NCBI GenBank assembly: GCA_001275005.1
Contig: JWZX01003276.1
Coordinates: 1 to 44,169 of the forward strand
Length of the DNA: 44,169 nucleotides
Origin: Chrysochromulina tobinii
Taxonomy: Eukaryota
Reading direction: 5' to 3'
Numbering within the stretch: position 1 is the first letter of the stretch; each line of letters starts with the position of its first letter. The notes beneath the pieces are model-generated. The model did not search any database, was not told where the DNA came from, and saw only the letters and a program-made list of their open reading frames with translations. The position numbers were made by a program, and so were the translations under genes. This document shows positions 31,022 to 39,803 of the stretch, one piece after another.

Positions 31022-33802
31022 CTACAGTGTAGCTGTGGCCGTGACCGCTGCCTCGCCTGCAGCGATCCTTGCACCCGCGGCCCGTTCAGCTGCCTCTTTG
31101 GCAGCCTCTGCCCGATCGGTCAGCAAAGCTGTCTCGAACTCCTCACGCGTAATGTGCGATTTAACATCTTGATCGATCTCGCCCGTGTCCTCGAGCATCC
31201 GCATGACACGAACCATCTGCGGGATGGACGTAGCATCTGCGAAGCCGAGAAGGGCTTCTAATTCACCGTCGGCTCGGAGCTTGGCTGCAAGCTCTTTGCG
31301 TGAGATCTGGAAACTGCCATCCGTGTCGATCGAGTCAAACAGCGCGCGTATCCTTGTATTCAAGGCACCTGCATCTTCAGCTGCAAACTCCGCTGCCACA
31401 GCCTCTGCCTCTGCCGGTGCGGCCACATCTACCCCCGCCAGTGCGGCGGCTTCCGTCGGCGCGTCACTAATCGCCATATCATCGGCTGCATGTTGGTCCG
31501 TCGGCTGCTGGGTTGCCGATCGATCTGGTCGATATGTCGTCGGGGGCGAAAGAGGTAGAAAGGCAGGAAGCGGTAGAGACGGAACACGTGTCCCTGACGA
31601 CAAGCGCAAAGACAAAGACGTCGACGGTATCAGTGGCTGTGTGGGCGTGGAGGACGCGCTTGGGGCTGCTTCTGATGGCGAGCGCGGTGTCGACGATGGA
31701 GAGCATGACGCCGAAAGTTCGGTCGTTCGGCTTGAGTTGAGCGGAGTCAATACGCGGCTTGAATTCAGCGGTGTCCCATCCTTGGCGCCATCTTCCATGT
31801 AATCAGGCGGAGGACCAGCACGGAGCTTGGCAATGACCTCCTCCAGGCCCTGCCTGGGTCGCGTCATCAAGGGTATGCTGATGCGAGCCGAGCCATCCTC
31901 CAAATGTGATCGAAGGCGCGCCGTCTGAAGGTTCAGCTGGTGATACGAGGTCTCGAGTGTCTGATTGAGTCCATGGAGATCACCAGGTACGCAGAGCTCG
32001 AGATCGAGCCCACCTGCGAGGTGCAGGTTAACGTGCGGATCCCTTCCTATCACTCGCTCATAATCAAGCGTGGCTGAAGGCCAGATGATGCTACGCTTGG
32101 AGGCGTAGCCTTTCGCACTTTGCAAAGGCTCCCGCCATCCCGGACCATTCAAAATCGGCGGGTCGGTGGTGCGAAGGCGCACGTAAAAGTGTACGGTGCC
32201 AGGCAAGGGCGCAAAGAAGTGGGTGGGCTCCAGGGCGTCGATCGACGTCGAACTCCGCATCAGCCGACGTGGTGTTTTTTGCGATGGCGTGTGCGCACTC
32301 CTAGCGTTGCAGAAGACTAGCGTCACCTTGGGCAATCGCGGCGATGCCACCGAGCCTGGAACTTCTAGTCGCTGGTTTGTGGCGTGCCAAGTGGCCAGCG
32401 TCGTCGACGTCGACTGAGGACCTGTGGCAGTCCATTGCCAAGGTCCAGGCCCACAGCCAATCGTCTTCGTTTGAGGCCCCTCCTTGCTCGACACCAAGGT
32501 GAGTTTGGGTGGCTTGGGTGCCGCCAGGCATGCCTGCACGCCAACCTCGCGCGAGTTTATCTCGGCGTCTGGCTGTGGTGGCTTGCGCTTAATATGCAAA
32601 GAACTTGTCTGGCAGGCAAACTCTCGCGTCGGCTTGGAAGGAGGCTTCCAGCTTCGCGGTGGATAGACTCCGCTGTAAGGGCTCGGGCCGGTTAACAAAG
32701 TCTGCGCCTCGGCTTCGACGCACTGGCCACGGACCGTGCTTGCTGGCAGTGGGTTCCATATTGGCAGTGGGCTCACGGAACGGTGTGGTGATTGGCCATA
32801 TCGCTCTGTTGTTGCTTCGAGACGTGATTCGAGAGAGGCTGTCTTCTTTTCAAGGACAGAGTCCTCTGGCTTGCGCTTCTCCACACGAGTCTGGGTTGAT
32901 CGGGTTGAAATCCTCAACATGCTCAGCAGAGTCTGAGTTGACGCCTCCTTGCGTCGCATCTCCGTTTCCACCTTAAGCTTCATCATCGCTCTATCAATCG
33001 CTCTGGTACTGACGAATGCGATCGCCCAGTCCTGCTTCCACATAGAGTATGAGCGGGCCAGCTTGATCTTGTTAAGCCAATTTGCGGTCCTCAGAATGAG
33101 GCGCTGGCGCGTCGCTACCAACCACATCGCGTGCCAGCCGGCCCAGCTCCTTGCCAGCTGTTGGTTCTGCAGCCTTTTGATACCAACCTGTGTTAAGTGT
33201 TGAACGTGCTTCTGCTTCTGGCGACTTAGGTCGTCGACCAGGCGGTTCACTTCCATTTCAGCAGCTGTGGGTTCCCGTGCGCCTCCAGCATGAAACGCGC
33301 TGAGAAATTCCGCCTCGGCGGAGACGAAGCGTCTCAAGTACCGCGAAGAGAATTGAGCTCCGATTCGATCCACGGCCTTCGCTGCTGCGCCCGACAACCA
33401 GGTGACGTCACCCAGCGCAAGCGCCACGATCACCACGAGTACGATCAGTCCTGTCCATCCTGATGTGACCAGCAACGCAATCGACAGCGCTGGTGCCAAA
33501 GTGTAAGACATCCAACGATGTACGAGTAGCTCACTAGAGGAAGACGTGCTGGTTTCTCCAGGTGCGCACGAGCGCTGAGTACTACCATCAATCAGTGATT
33601 CCAAATCAATAACCGCCTCGCTGCTCACTCCGCGCCTCTTCATGCACGACACGCAGCCATCGATGACATCTTCTCTAGCGGATTGTGCAGCCTCTGCAGC
33701 AGCTGCACATGCGGTCTGCAGCAACTGCAGCGACTCAGCAGCGCGCCGCCATGTTATCCGGCTAAAGCTCTCATCTGCCGCCGCATCTGCCGCCGTGCTC
33801 AT
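31022..33802 (-). CDS. Membrane-anchored scaffold-like protein with Sfi1-like repeats, TQT-like motifs and C-terminal EF-hands
   Basis: Hydrophobic LAPALSIALLV-GLIVLVVIVALAL; LARSWAGW and LARSYSMW; DTDGSFQISRKEL and DQDVKSHITREEF. Confidence 0.7.
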   Translation of the reverse strand: MSTAADAAADESFSRITWRRAAESLQLLQTACAAAAEAAQSAREDVIDGCVSCMKRRGVSSEAVIDLESLIDGSTQRSCAPGETSTSSSSELLVHRWMSYTLAPALSIALLVTSGWTGLIVLVVIVALALGDVTWLSGAAAKAVDRIGAQFSSRYLRRFVSAEAEFLSAFHAGGAREPTAAEMEVNRLVDDLSRQKQKHVQHLTQVGIKRLQNQQLARSWAGWHAMWLVATRQRLILRTANWLNKIKLARSYSMWKQDWAIAFVSTRAIDRAMMKLKVETEMRRKEASTQTLLSMLRISTRSTQTRVEKRKPEDSVLEKKTASLESRLEATTERYGQSPHRSVSPLPIWNPLPASTVRGQCVEAEAQTLLTGPSPYSGVYPPRSWKPPSKPTREFACQTSSLHIKRKPPQPDAEINSREVGVQACLAAPKPPKLTLVSSKEGPQTKTIGCGPGPWQWTATGPQSTSTTLATWHATNQRLEVPGSVASPRLPKVTLVFCNARSAHTPSQKTPRRLMRSSTSIDALEPTHFFAPLPGTVHFYVRLRTTDPPILNGPGWREPLQSAKGYASKRSIIWPSATLDYERVIGRDPHVNLHLAGGLDLELCVPGDLHGLNQTLETSYHQLNLQTARLRSHLEDGSARISIPLMTRPRQGLEEVIAKLRAGPPPDYMEDGAKDGTPLNSSRVLTPLNSSRTTELSASCSPSSTPRSPSEAAPSASSTPTQPLIPSTSLSLRLSSGTRVPSLPLPAFLPLSPPTTYRPDRSATQQPTDQHAADDMAISDAPTEAAALAGVDVAAPAEAEAVAAEFAAEDAGALNTRIRALFDSIDTDGSFQISRKELAAKLRADGELEALLGFADATSIPQMVRVMRMLEDTGEIDQDVKSHITREEFETALLTDRAEAAKEAAERAAGARIAAGEAAVTATATL

Positions 33803-33890
33803 GATGTACTGTGCGTGCCTCCAGCATTGTGTGTGTGGCGCGTTTTGCATTTGGACGTGCAGATTGCGAAAGTCATCATTTCAGTTGTAC

Positions 33891-34010
33891 CGGTAAAAAG
33901 ACAACAAAGGGAGCCGGGACACACACGGGACACGCGGGCGCACAAGGGCACACGGATCACACAGACGAACCTCACATCAACACACAACCCGCACGTCAGC
34001 GCGACGACAG
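33891..34010. repeat. Dispersed repeat copy (CCGGTAAAAAGAC...GGGAGCCGGGACACAC family) flanked by a 16-bp direct repeat
   Basis: Related to 35291-35360, 42842-42880 and 43057-43185; TTCAGTTGTACCGGTA occurs at 33880 and 34011. Confidence 0.8.
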
Positions 34011-35290
34011 TTCAGTTGTACCGGTACCGGTACATAGTACCACGTTCACGTTAATCCTGGGGACCCTGAAAAAGGCGAGCGCAGCAGCCTTTCAGGGTAC
34101 TGGCTCGGACCCCCTTTAATTCGTCCGTGCTCCGTGCTACCTTTTTTTTGCGTTCCGCGCGCAATGCGCGCCTCCGCGCCCCGCTGCGGCCGGCTCCAGG
34201 CGCGTCGGAGGACGGCGTTGCTCACCAACCATCTCTCCGTTCGCCATCGACCTGCCCGCCCCTTTCGCCACGCGTCTTGACGCGCGCGCGCTACAGAGGA
34301 GCTGCGCTCGGACTCTTAAGCTCTGGCCAGCTTGTGCCCGCGCAGCACGATGGCGCGGAGTGCGCGCGCGTGCTGTGCAGGTGCGGCGGCGAAGGCGCCG
34401 ACGCCGCGCGTTGCGCGGCGCAACCGGCGCCGAATGTGGTGCCTCGGCCTTCGGCTTGACGCCCAAGGAGGCGGCGGCGGCGGCGGCGGCGGCGATGGAA
34501 GCCACCACTTGTGCTCGACACCGTCGTAATGCGACGGTGTCGAGTGCGTCTTTGCGTTCCCCACGGGGGCGTGCGCGCCATCGGGCGCGTCGGTGCACGC
34601 AGGTTTGATGCCGCCGGCGTCTCCAACGCCGCCCCGACGGGCACGGTGGCAAAAGGAAGCGTCGGCGCATTGCAAGGCGATGTCGTCCGAGCAGAACCGG
34701 GGGAGGCGACGATGGCGCGATTGTCTCCACGCGCCGCGCCCCGCCATCTAGTCTCCACGCGCCGCGCTTCGCCATCGTCGCCTCCCCGCCTGGTGCGTGT
34801 GCGTAACCCACAGAGGCTGCTGCCTCGCACCGATGCCGGCGCGGCTGCGGCGTGCGCCGCAGGCCGTCCGCCGCCGACCCGCCCGGCTGCGTGGGAGGCG
34901 TCCGTAGGTGGCGTCCGCGGACCGCGGGTCCGGGTGCAAGTTTTTGTATAGAGAGACGAAAAGAAAAGCGGGTCCCCAGCCCTCGCCCCCTGGGCCCATA
35001 TTTGCCATGGTTGATAGTACCTTTGCCATGGTTGATAGTACGTTCATTTGCCAAGGTGCGGTGCGGGGGGCAACGGCATCGTAGTGTAGGTAATAGGGCA
35101 TGCGTTCAACTACTGTCAAGCGGTCATCATTTCAACATGCACTGGCCACTGCGTCTTGTTTCTATCATTACAAATCATTACATGTGCGGTGCGATGAGCA
35201 TGAGGGGTTCAAATCGAAGGAACGCTTGCAGATTCTGAAAAACTTTGTTAGCGAAACCGCGATTAGCGTTAATAGAAGGTTCGCGGTTCG

Positions 35291-35360
35291 ACAACACCGG
35301 GGGGAGCCGGGACACACATGGGACACACGGAACGATCACACAGACGAACCTCACAACCAA
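35291..35360. repeat. Dispersed repeat copy (same family as 33891)
   Basis: ACACCGGGGGGAGCCGGGACACACATGGGACACACGG...GATCACACAGACGAACCTCACA. Confidence 0.8.
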
Positions 35361-35444
35361 ACCGACTCACCAACGCCACGTCCCCGGTGGCGGTGCCCAC
35401 CCCGCAGCCGACTCAGAAGAGGCCACCCCCTGCGATCGCGCTCC

Positions 35445-37241
35445 TCATCGACGCGAGAGCATGAGCGCGCTCATCCCGAGAGCGAACACACCAGCGACGA
35501 TGGCGAGCGTCCTGGCCGAGGGCATGCCGACCCTTTGGGAAATGTTGACCCCGCCCGTCGCCGACGCGCCCCGGTGCGTCGCGCGCACGCTGATGCCGTT
35601 GCGCTCGAGGTGGGCCTTGACTTCCGCGATGGTGACGATATTCTTGTGGAAGATGGAGGCAGCGAGGCCTGCCTCGACGCCCGAGGCGCGAAAGACGTCG
35701 ACGAAGTGTTGCGGATTGCCAGCACCGCTCGATGCGATGACGGGGATGCTGACCGCCTCGCGAATGCTCTTGAGCAGTCCCAGATCGTACCCGTCGTTCT
35801 GGCCGTCATGGTCGATGCAGTTCACGAGCAGTTCACCGCAGCCGAGAGCTTCAACGGCCGTCGCCAGCTGGACGACGTCGATGTCGCTCCCCTTGCGCCC
35901 ACCCTGCACGGTGCACTCATACCAGCAGAGCGTCTCGCCCTGCGGGCCGCGCAGCCCGCCCGGCGCCGAGCAGCTCAGCGGAGCCACTGAGTGGTCGACG
36001 ATCGCATGGCCCTGTGCGGCGTCCCGGGAGGTGATCCAGCGCCGGCGCGGGTCGACGGATACGACGACCGCTTGCCGGCCGTACACATGGGAGATCTGCT
36101 CGATCGAGGTGCTGCCGTCGAGCTTTTTAGTGCGCAGATACTCGCGCGCCACGTCCACAGCGTCCGAGCCGATCGAGATCTTGTCGGCTCCCGCACGGAA
36201 GTAGGCGTTGGCCACCTCGAGCGCCGACGAGGACACACCGTTGGCGTCGACGAATCCTCGAATGCCGCCGCCGACGGTGAGCGGCACGAAGATCTCTTTG
36301 CTCGCTTCGCGGATGACGTCGATCATCGGTGTGTCCGAGAGCGGGCAGTCGCGGAAGCCCGTTATGTTCAGGAAGGTGATCTCATCGGCACCCTGCTCGT
36401 AGTATTTCTTGGCCAGTACCACTGGCTTGCCGAGGTTGCGAACCGCGCCGCCGCCGGAGGCGCTCTTCTCGCGTACGTCGTACTGGTCGCCCTTGGTGCA
36501 CACTAGGTCGCCCGCGTCGTTCGCGCGCACGTCCATGCACGCGATCACGCGCTTACAGTACTTGGTCGTCGCTGAGCGCGGCGGCGGCCCGCCCCACATG
36601 GGAGCGCGCGCGGGCGTGTCGGCGAGCGCGCCGCGCACAAAGTTGGAGAGGATGCGCAGCCCGATGGCTCCCGACTTCTCCGGGTGGAACTGGCACGCGA
36701 CCACGCGCCCGCGCTGCACGGATGAGACGTACTTCTCGCCGTAGTCGGTCGTCGTCAGCGCCCATGGTTCGAGTGCGGCCGTGAGCCCCGCACGGAATGA
36801 GTGCACAAAGTAGACAGCGTCATCGTCAGACACGCCCTCGAGCATGTGGCTCGGCTGCTGCCCGTGCACCGTATTCCAACCGATCTGCGGGACCGCGCGG
36901 CCGCCCACGCCCTTGAAGCGCGCAATCGTGCCCGGGAGCAGCCCAAGGCCGGCGATGCCTGGGCTCTCCTCGCTCGCCTCAAAGAGTGTCTGCATCCCGA
37001 GGCAGATGCCAAAGTAGGGCTTGTCGGCGCGCACATACGCGCGCAGCGCCGCCATCCAGCCGCGCTGCTCGAGCACCTCCATGCACGCGCCAAAACTTCC
37101 GACGCCAGGGAAGATGAGCACGCGCGCGTTCGTGATCTCGTCGGCAGTGTTGATGATGTCCACCTCGCAGCCGATGGCGGCGAGCGCGTTGAGCAGCGAG
37201 GCCACGTTGCCCGCCCCGTAGTCGACGACGGAGACTCGCAT
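35445..37241 (-). CDS. HIS7: Bifunctional imidazole glycerol phosphate synthase HisH-HisF
   Basis: VVDYGAGN, FPGVGSFG, FGICLGMQ and QFHPEKSG (glutaminase); RVIACMDVR, KGDQYDVRE, NLGKPV, VPLTVGGGIR, GADKISIGSDAV and PVIASSGAG (cyclase); fused as in fungi and plants. Confidence 0.97.
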   Translation of the reverse strand: MRVSVVDYGAGNVASLLNALAAIGCEVDIINTADEITNARVLIFPGVGSFGACMEVLEQRGWMAALRAYVRADKPYFGICLGMQTLFEASEESPGIAGLGLLPGTIARFKGVGGRAVPQIGWNTVHGQQPSHMLEGVSDDDAVYFVHSFRAGLTAALEPWALTTTDYGEKYVSSVQRGRVVACQFHPEKSGAIGLRILSNFVRGALADTPARAPMWGGPPPRSATTKYCKRVIACMDVRANDAGDLVCTKGDQYDVREKSASGGGAVRNLGKPVVLAKKYYEQGADEITFLNITGFRDCPLSDTPMIDVIREASKEIFVPLTVGGGIRGFVDANGVSSSALEVANAYFRAGADKISIGSDAVDVAREYLRTKKLDGSTSIEQISHVYGRQAVVVSVDPRRRWITSRDAAQGHAIVDHSVAPLSCSAPGGLRGPQGETLCWYECTVQGGRKGSDIDVVQLATAVEALGCGELLVNCIDHDGQNDGYDLGLLKSIREAVSIPVIASSGAGNPQHFVDVFRASGVEAGLAASIFHKNIVTIAEVKAHLERNGISVRATHRGASATGGVNISQRVGMPSARTLAIVAGVFALGMSALMLSRR

Positions 37242-37519
37242 GGTGTAGGCTGGATGCGGGTTTTTTTAGGGCGAGGGGCCGGGTCAGAGGGAAAGAGGGA
37301 AAGGGACCGTCCTGCGTCCTGCGTCCAGACTGTGTCCACGTTGCACTCGCCGCCGGGTGAACGAAACTTGGCATCCCGCAAGTTTCGTTGGGGAAAAAAC
37401 CTCAGATCAAACTAATCTTCCACGGTAGCCTCTCTCCGTGAAGAAAGGATTTCTTTCGTTTATCGTGCTGTGTTGACGATGCCACGTCGCACTTCTAGAC
37501 GCAGGAATCGGATCGCTCA

Positions 37520-38929
37520 ATGTCAGAGCACAAAGTCATTGCGCACGTGAGCTGCGGGAGCGTAACGCTCAAGCTCACGCTGAACGCCAAGATCCTCGCC
37601 AAGAGCCTCAAGGACGGCTGCATCACGCCGTTCCTCGGCGCGTACAACAAGAAGTACCCCGATGCTGAGCCGCTGACGGCAGATGCCCTGTCTCGAGTGG
37701 AGGTGGACGGCATCATCATTGCGAGCATCGACGCGATCAGCGGCAGCCTTCTGCTCAAGGATACGCACAAGGTGGAACTGTTTCCGCCGGGCTCACCGGA
37801 GCCGACAGCTGCCGCCTCCACGGCGCCCATGCCTACGCCCGCGCCCGCAGCACCGCCCGCGCCCGAACCGGCATCGCCGCCGCCACCGCCCGCGCCGCCA
37901 GCGGTGGCAGGCACGGCCATGGCGAGCAAGACGATGCCCAAATGCAAGTATGGCCTGAAGTGCCGCATCATCGACCCGAAGGAGGAAATGACGTCGCATC
38001 TGCCCATGGAGCAGCAGCATTGGTTCAAGTTCCAGCACCCGTGCTACTGGGTGTGCAAGGAGGGCCACCCCGAGGTCGGGCCTCCGGGCCTCAAGTGCCC
38101 GCTGTACACGCGTTTCGGCATGGATGGAGTCGGGCGCGACCGGCCGTGCCCGCCAATCCTGGATTCGATGATCATCCCGTGCACCAACATGGATCCCATC
38201 CACCGGCGTTGCTTCATTCACCCCGAGGACGTTGTGGTGGCGGTCGAGGAAGATGTGGACGAGACGCCGGACGAGCTCGACGCGCAGGTGATCACAGACG
38301 ACATGTGGGATGTGCCCGAGGTGGGCGAAGTGAGCGAGGAGGCGGCCATGGAGGCCAAGATGGAGGCGCAGGAGGCCGCCGGTGAAGGGGACCATGAGCG
38401 CGCCGCGCGCGCGTACACGAAGGCGCTCGTGGCGACGCCCTCGGCGATGCTGTACGCCAAGCGCGCCGAGACGCTCCTCAAGCTCGGCTTCCCGAGCGCC
38501 GCCGCCGCCGACTGCCACAAGGCGCTCGAGCTCAACCCTGACTCCGCCAAGGCCTTCAAGGTGCTCGGCAAGGCGCTCTCCAAAAAGGGCGACTTTGCAA
38601 CGGCCTACGCGAAGCTGTGCACGGGCAACAAGATCGATTACGACGAGGACTCGACCGAGTTTCAGAAGACGCTCAAGGCGAAGCTCGACAAACTTAAGAA
38701 GATTGGCGAGCAGCGTGCCAGGCGCGCGAGCGCGGCGCTCGAGCCGCTCGGGCTTGGCGGTCTGTGGGGTTCCATCGAGCCCGAGCTCAAAGAGCTCTGT
38801 GGTGAGGTGAGCCTCGAGGCGCTCGGTAAATGGATGGAGAAGGACATCGTGAAGGTGAAGGCGATGCTCGGCTCGCATGGCGCCACTGAGGACACGATGG
38901 AGAAGCTCTTCGCTGCCATCCCCGCCTAA
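37520..38929 (+). CDS. Protein with a ubiquitin-like/beta-grasp-like N-terminus, Cys/His zinc-finger-like region and Hip/ST13-type TPR domain
   Basis: SAMLYAKRAETLLKL...AAAADCHKALELNPDSAKAFK...KIDYDED closely resembles the Hip TPR; CKYGLKC...HWFKFQHP and C..MDPIHRRCFIHP. Confidence 0.75.
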   Translation: MSEHKVIAHVSCGSVTLKLTLNAKILAKSLKDGCITPFLGAYNKKYPDAEPLTADALSRVEVDGIIIASIDAISGSLLLKDTHKVELFPPGSPEPTAAASTAPMPTPAPAAPPAPEPASPPPPPAPPAVAGTAMASKTMPKCKYGLKCRIIDPKEEMTSHLPMEQQHWFKFQHPCYWVCKEGHPEVGPPGLKCPLYTRFGMDGVGRDRPCPPILDSMIIPCTNMDPIHRRCFIHPEDVVVAVEEDVDETPDELDAQVITDDMWDVPEVGEVSEEAAMEAKMEAQEAAGEGDHERAARAYTKALVATPSAMLYAKRAETLLKLGFPSAAAADCHKALELNPDSAKAFKVLGKALSKKGDFATAYAKLCTGNKIDYDEDSTEFQKTLKAKLDKLKKIGEQRARRASAALEPLGLGGLWGSIEPELKELCGEVSLEALGKWMEKDIVKVKAMLGSHGATEDTMEKLFAAIPA

Positions 38930-39803
38930 GGCCCTATTCATAGCCCCTATCACAGCCCTATTCATTAGGGTGCCGATGGGGCGGGGCGGCTCGGCTCCGT
39001 GGCCAGTCGCGCAGGAGTGGACGACGGCGGCGCGAGATCAGCGCGAGATGTAGGATGTAGGGCGCGAGGCGCACTCGGCGATGAGAGAGGTGTAGGCACC
39101 ACGCACTCTCGCGCGGCAACGGTCACGGTACCGTCCGGCCGCCACGCGGGTCGCGGCGGACGAGCCGAGCGGCCGATATCGATGAAAAAGTCGATGTTCA
39201 TGTTGTATCAGGGGCGTATGTTCTCCCCACTGATCTCAAGTGGACCCGAACACTGCCTCCAACACCGCGCTGCTCCAGCACCGCGCGGCTCGACAGCCGA
39301 CCATCGACGGACCTCGGGGCGCCTCGGACGCGGTTTACGGCTTAACGCCTTAACTCCGTATAACCGACCCTCCACCGCCAACCGGCGTTCTTGCCGGACC
39401 GGTCTCAACACGGGGTGTCACCCGGTACCGGGGGGGCCGCCCGCGCGTCTGCGCCTCCCACGGTGTGTCTCCACGGGACTGGTGGGTGTGCGTCTTGCCG
39501 AGATGGCAAATTAACGTGACCGTGACAACTGCATGCAACTGCTGCTACTCCGCGGCCAAGTCCGCGGCGGCCGGGACGTCCGCTCTCGGACCTCGCGCAT
39601 GAATGTGCTGCAACTTGTGCGAGAACGCGTGCGGTGGTGTGTGCTACATGTATGCGAGAAGTATGTGTCTGAAGAAGTGTGTTGTATATACAAAGTCCAG
39701 GCAAACTCTTCTTGACTATCGTTGTGTGTTTCGTCCTTTGGAAAAAACATGTCCGGCGCGTGTGCTGCGTGCAATTGTCTGGCAAGAGGTGCAGGCAAGG
39801 GGG

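Noticed and set aside
37520..38929. Calling this gene the ST13/Hip orthologue
   Set aside because: Only the TPR region matches; the other Hip domains are absent.
38930..38965. Degenerate GCCCTATTCA repeats after a stop codon
   Set aside because: Three short imperfect units, consistent with ordinary slippage in a 3' UTR.
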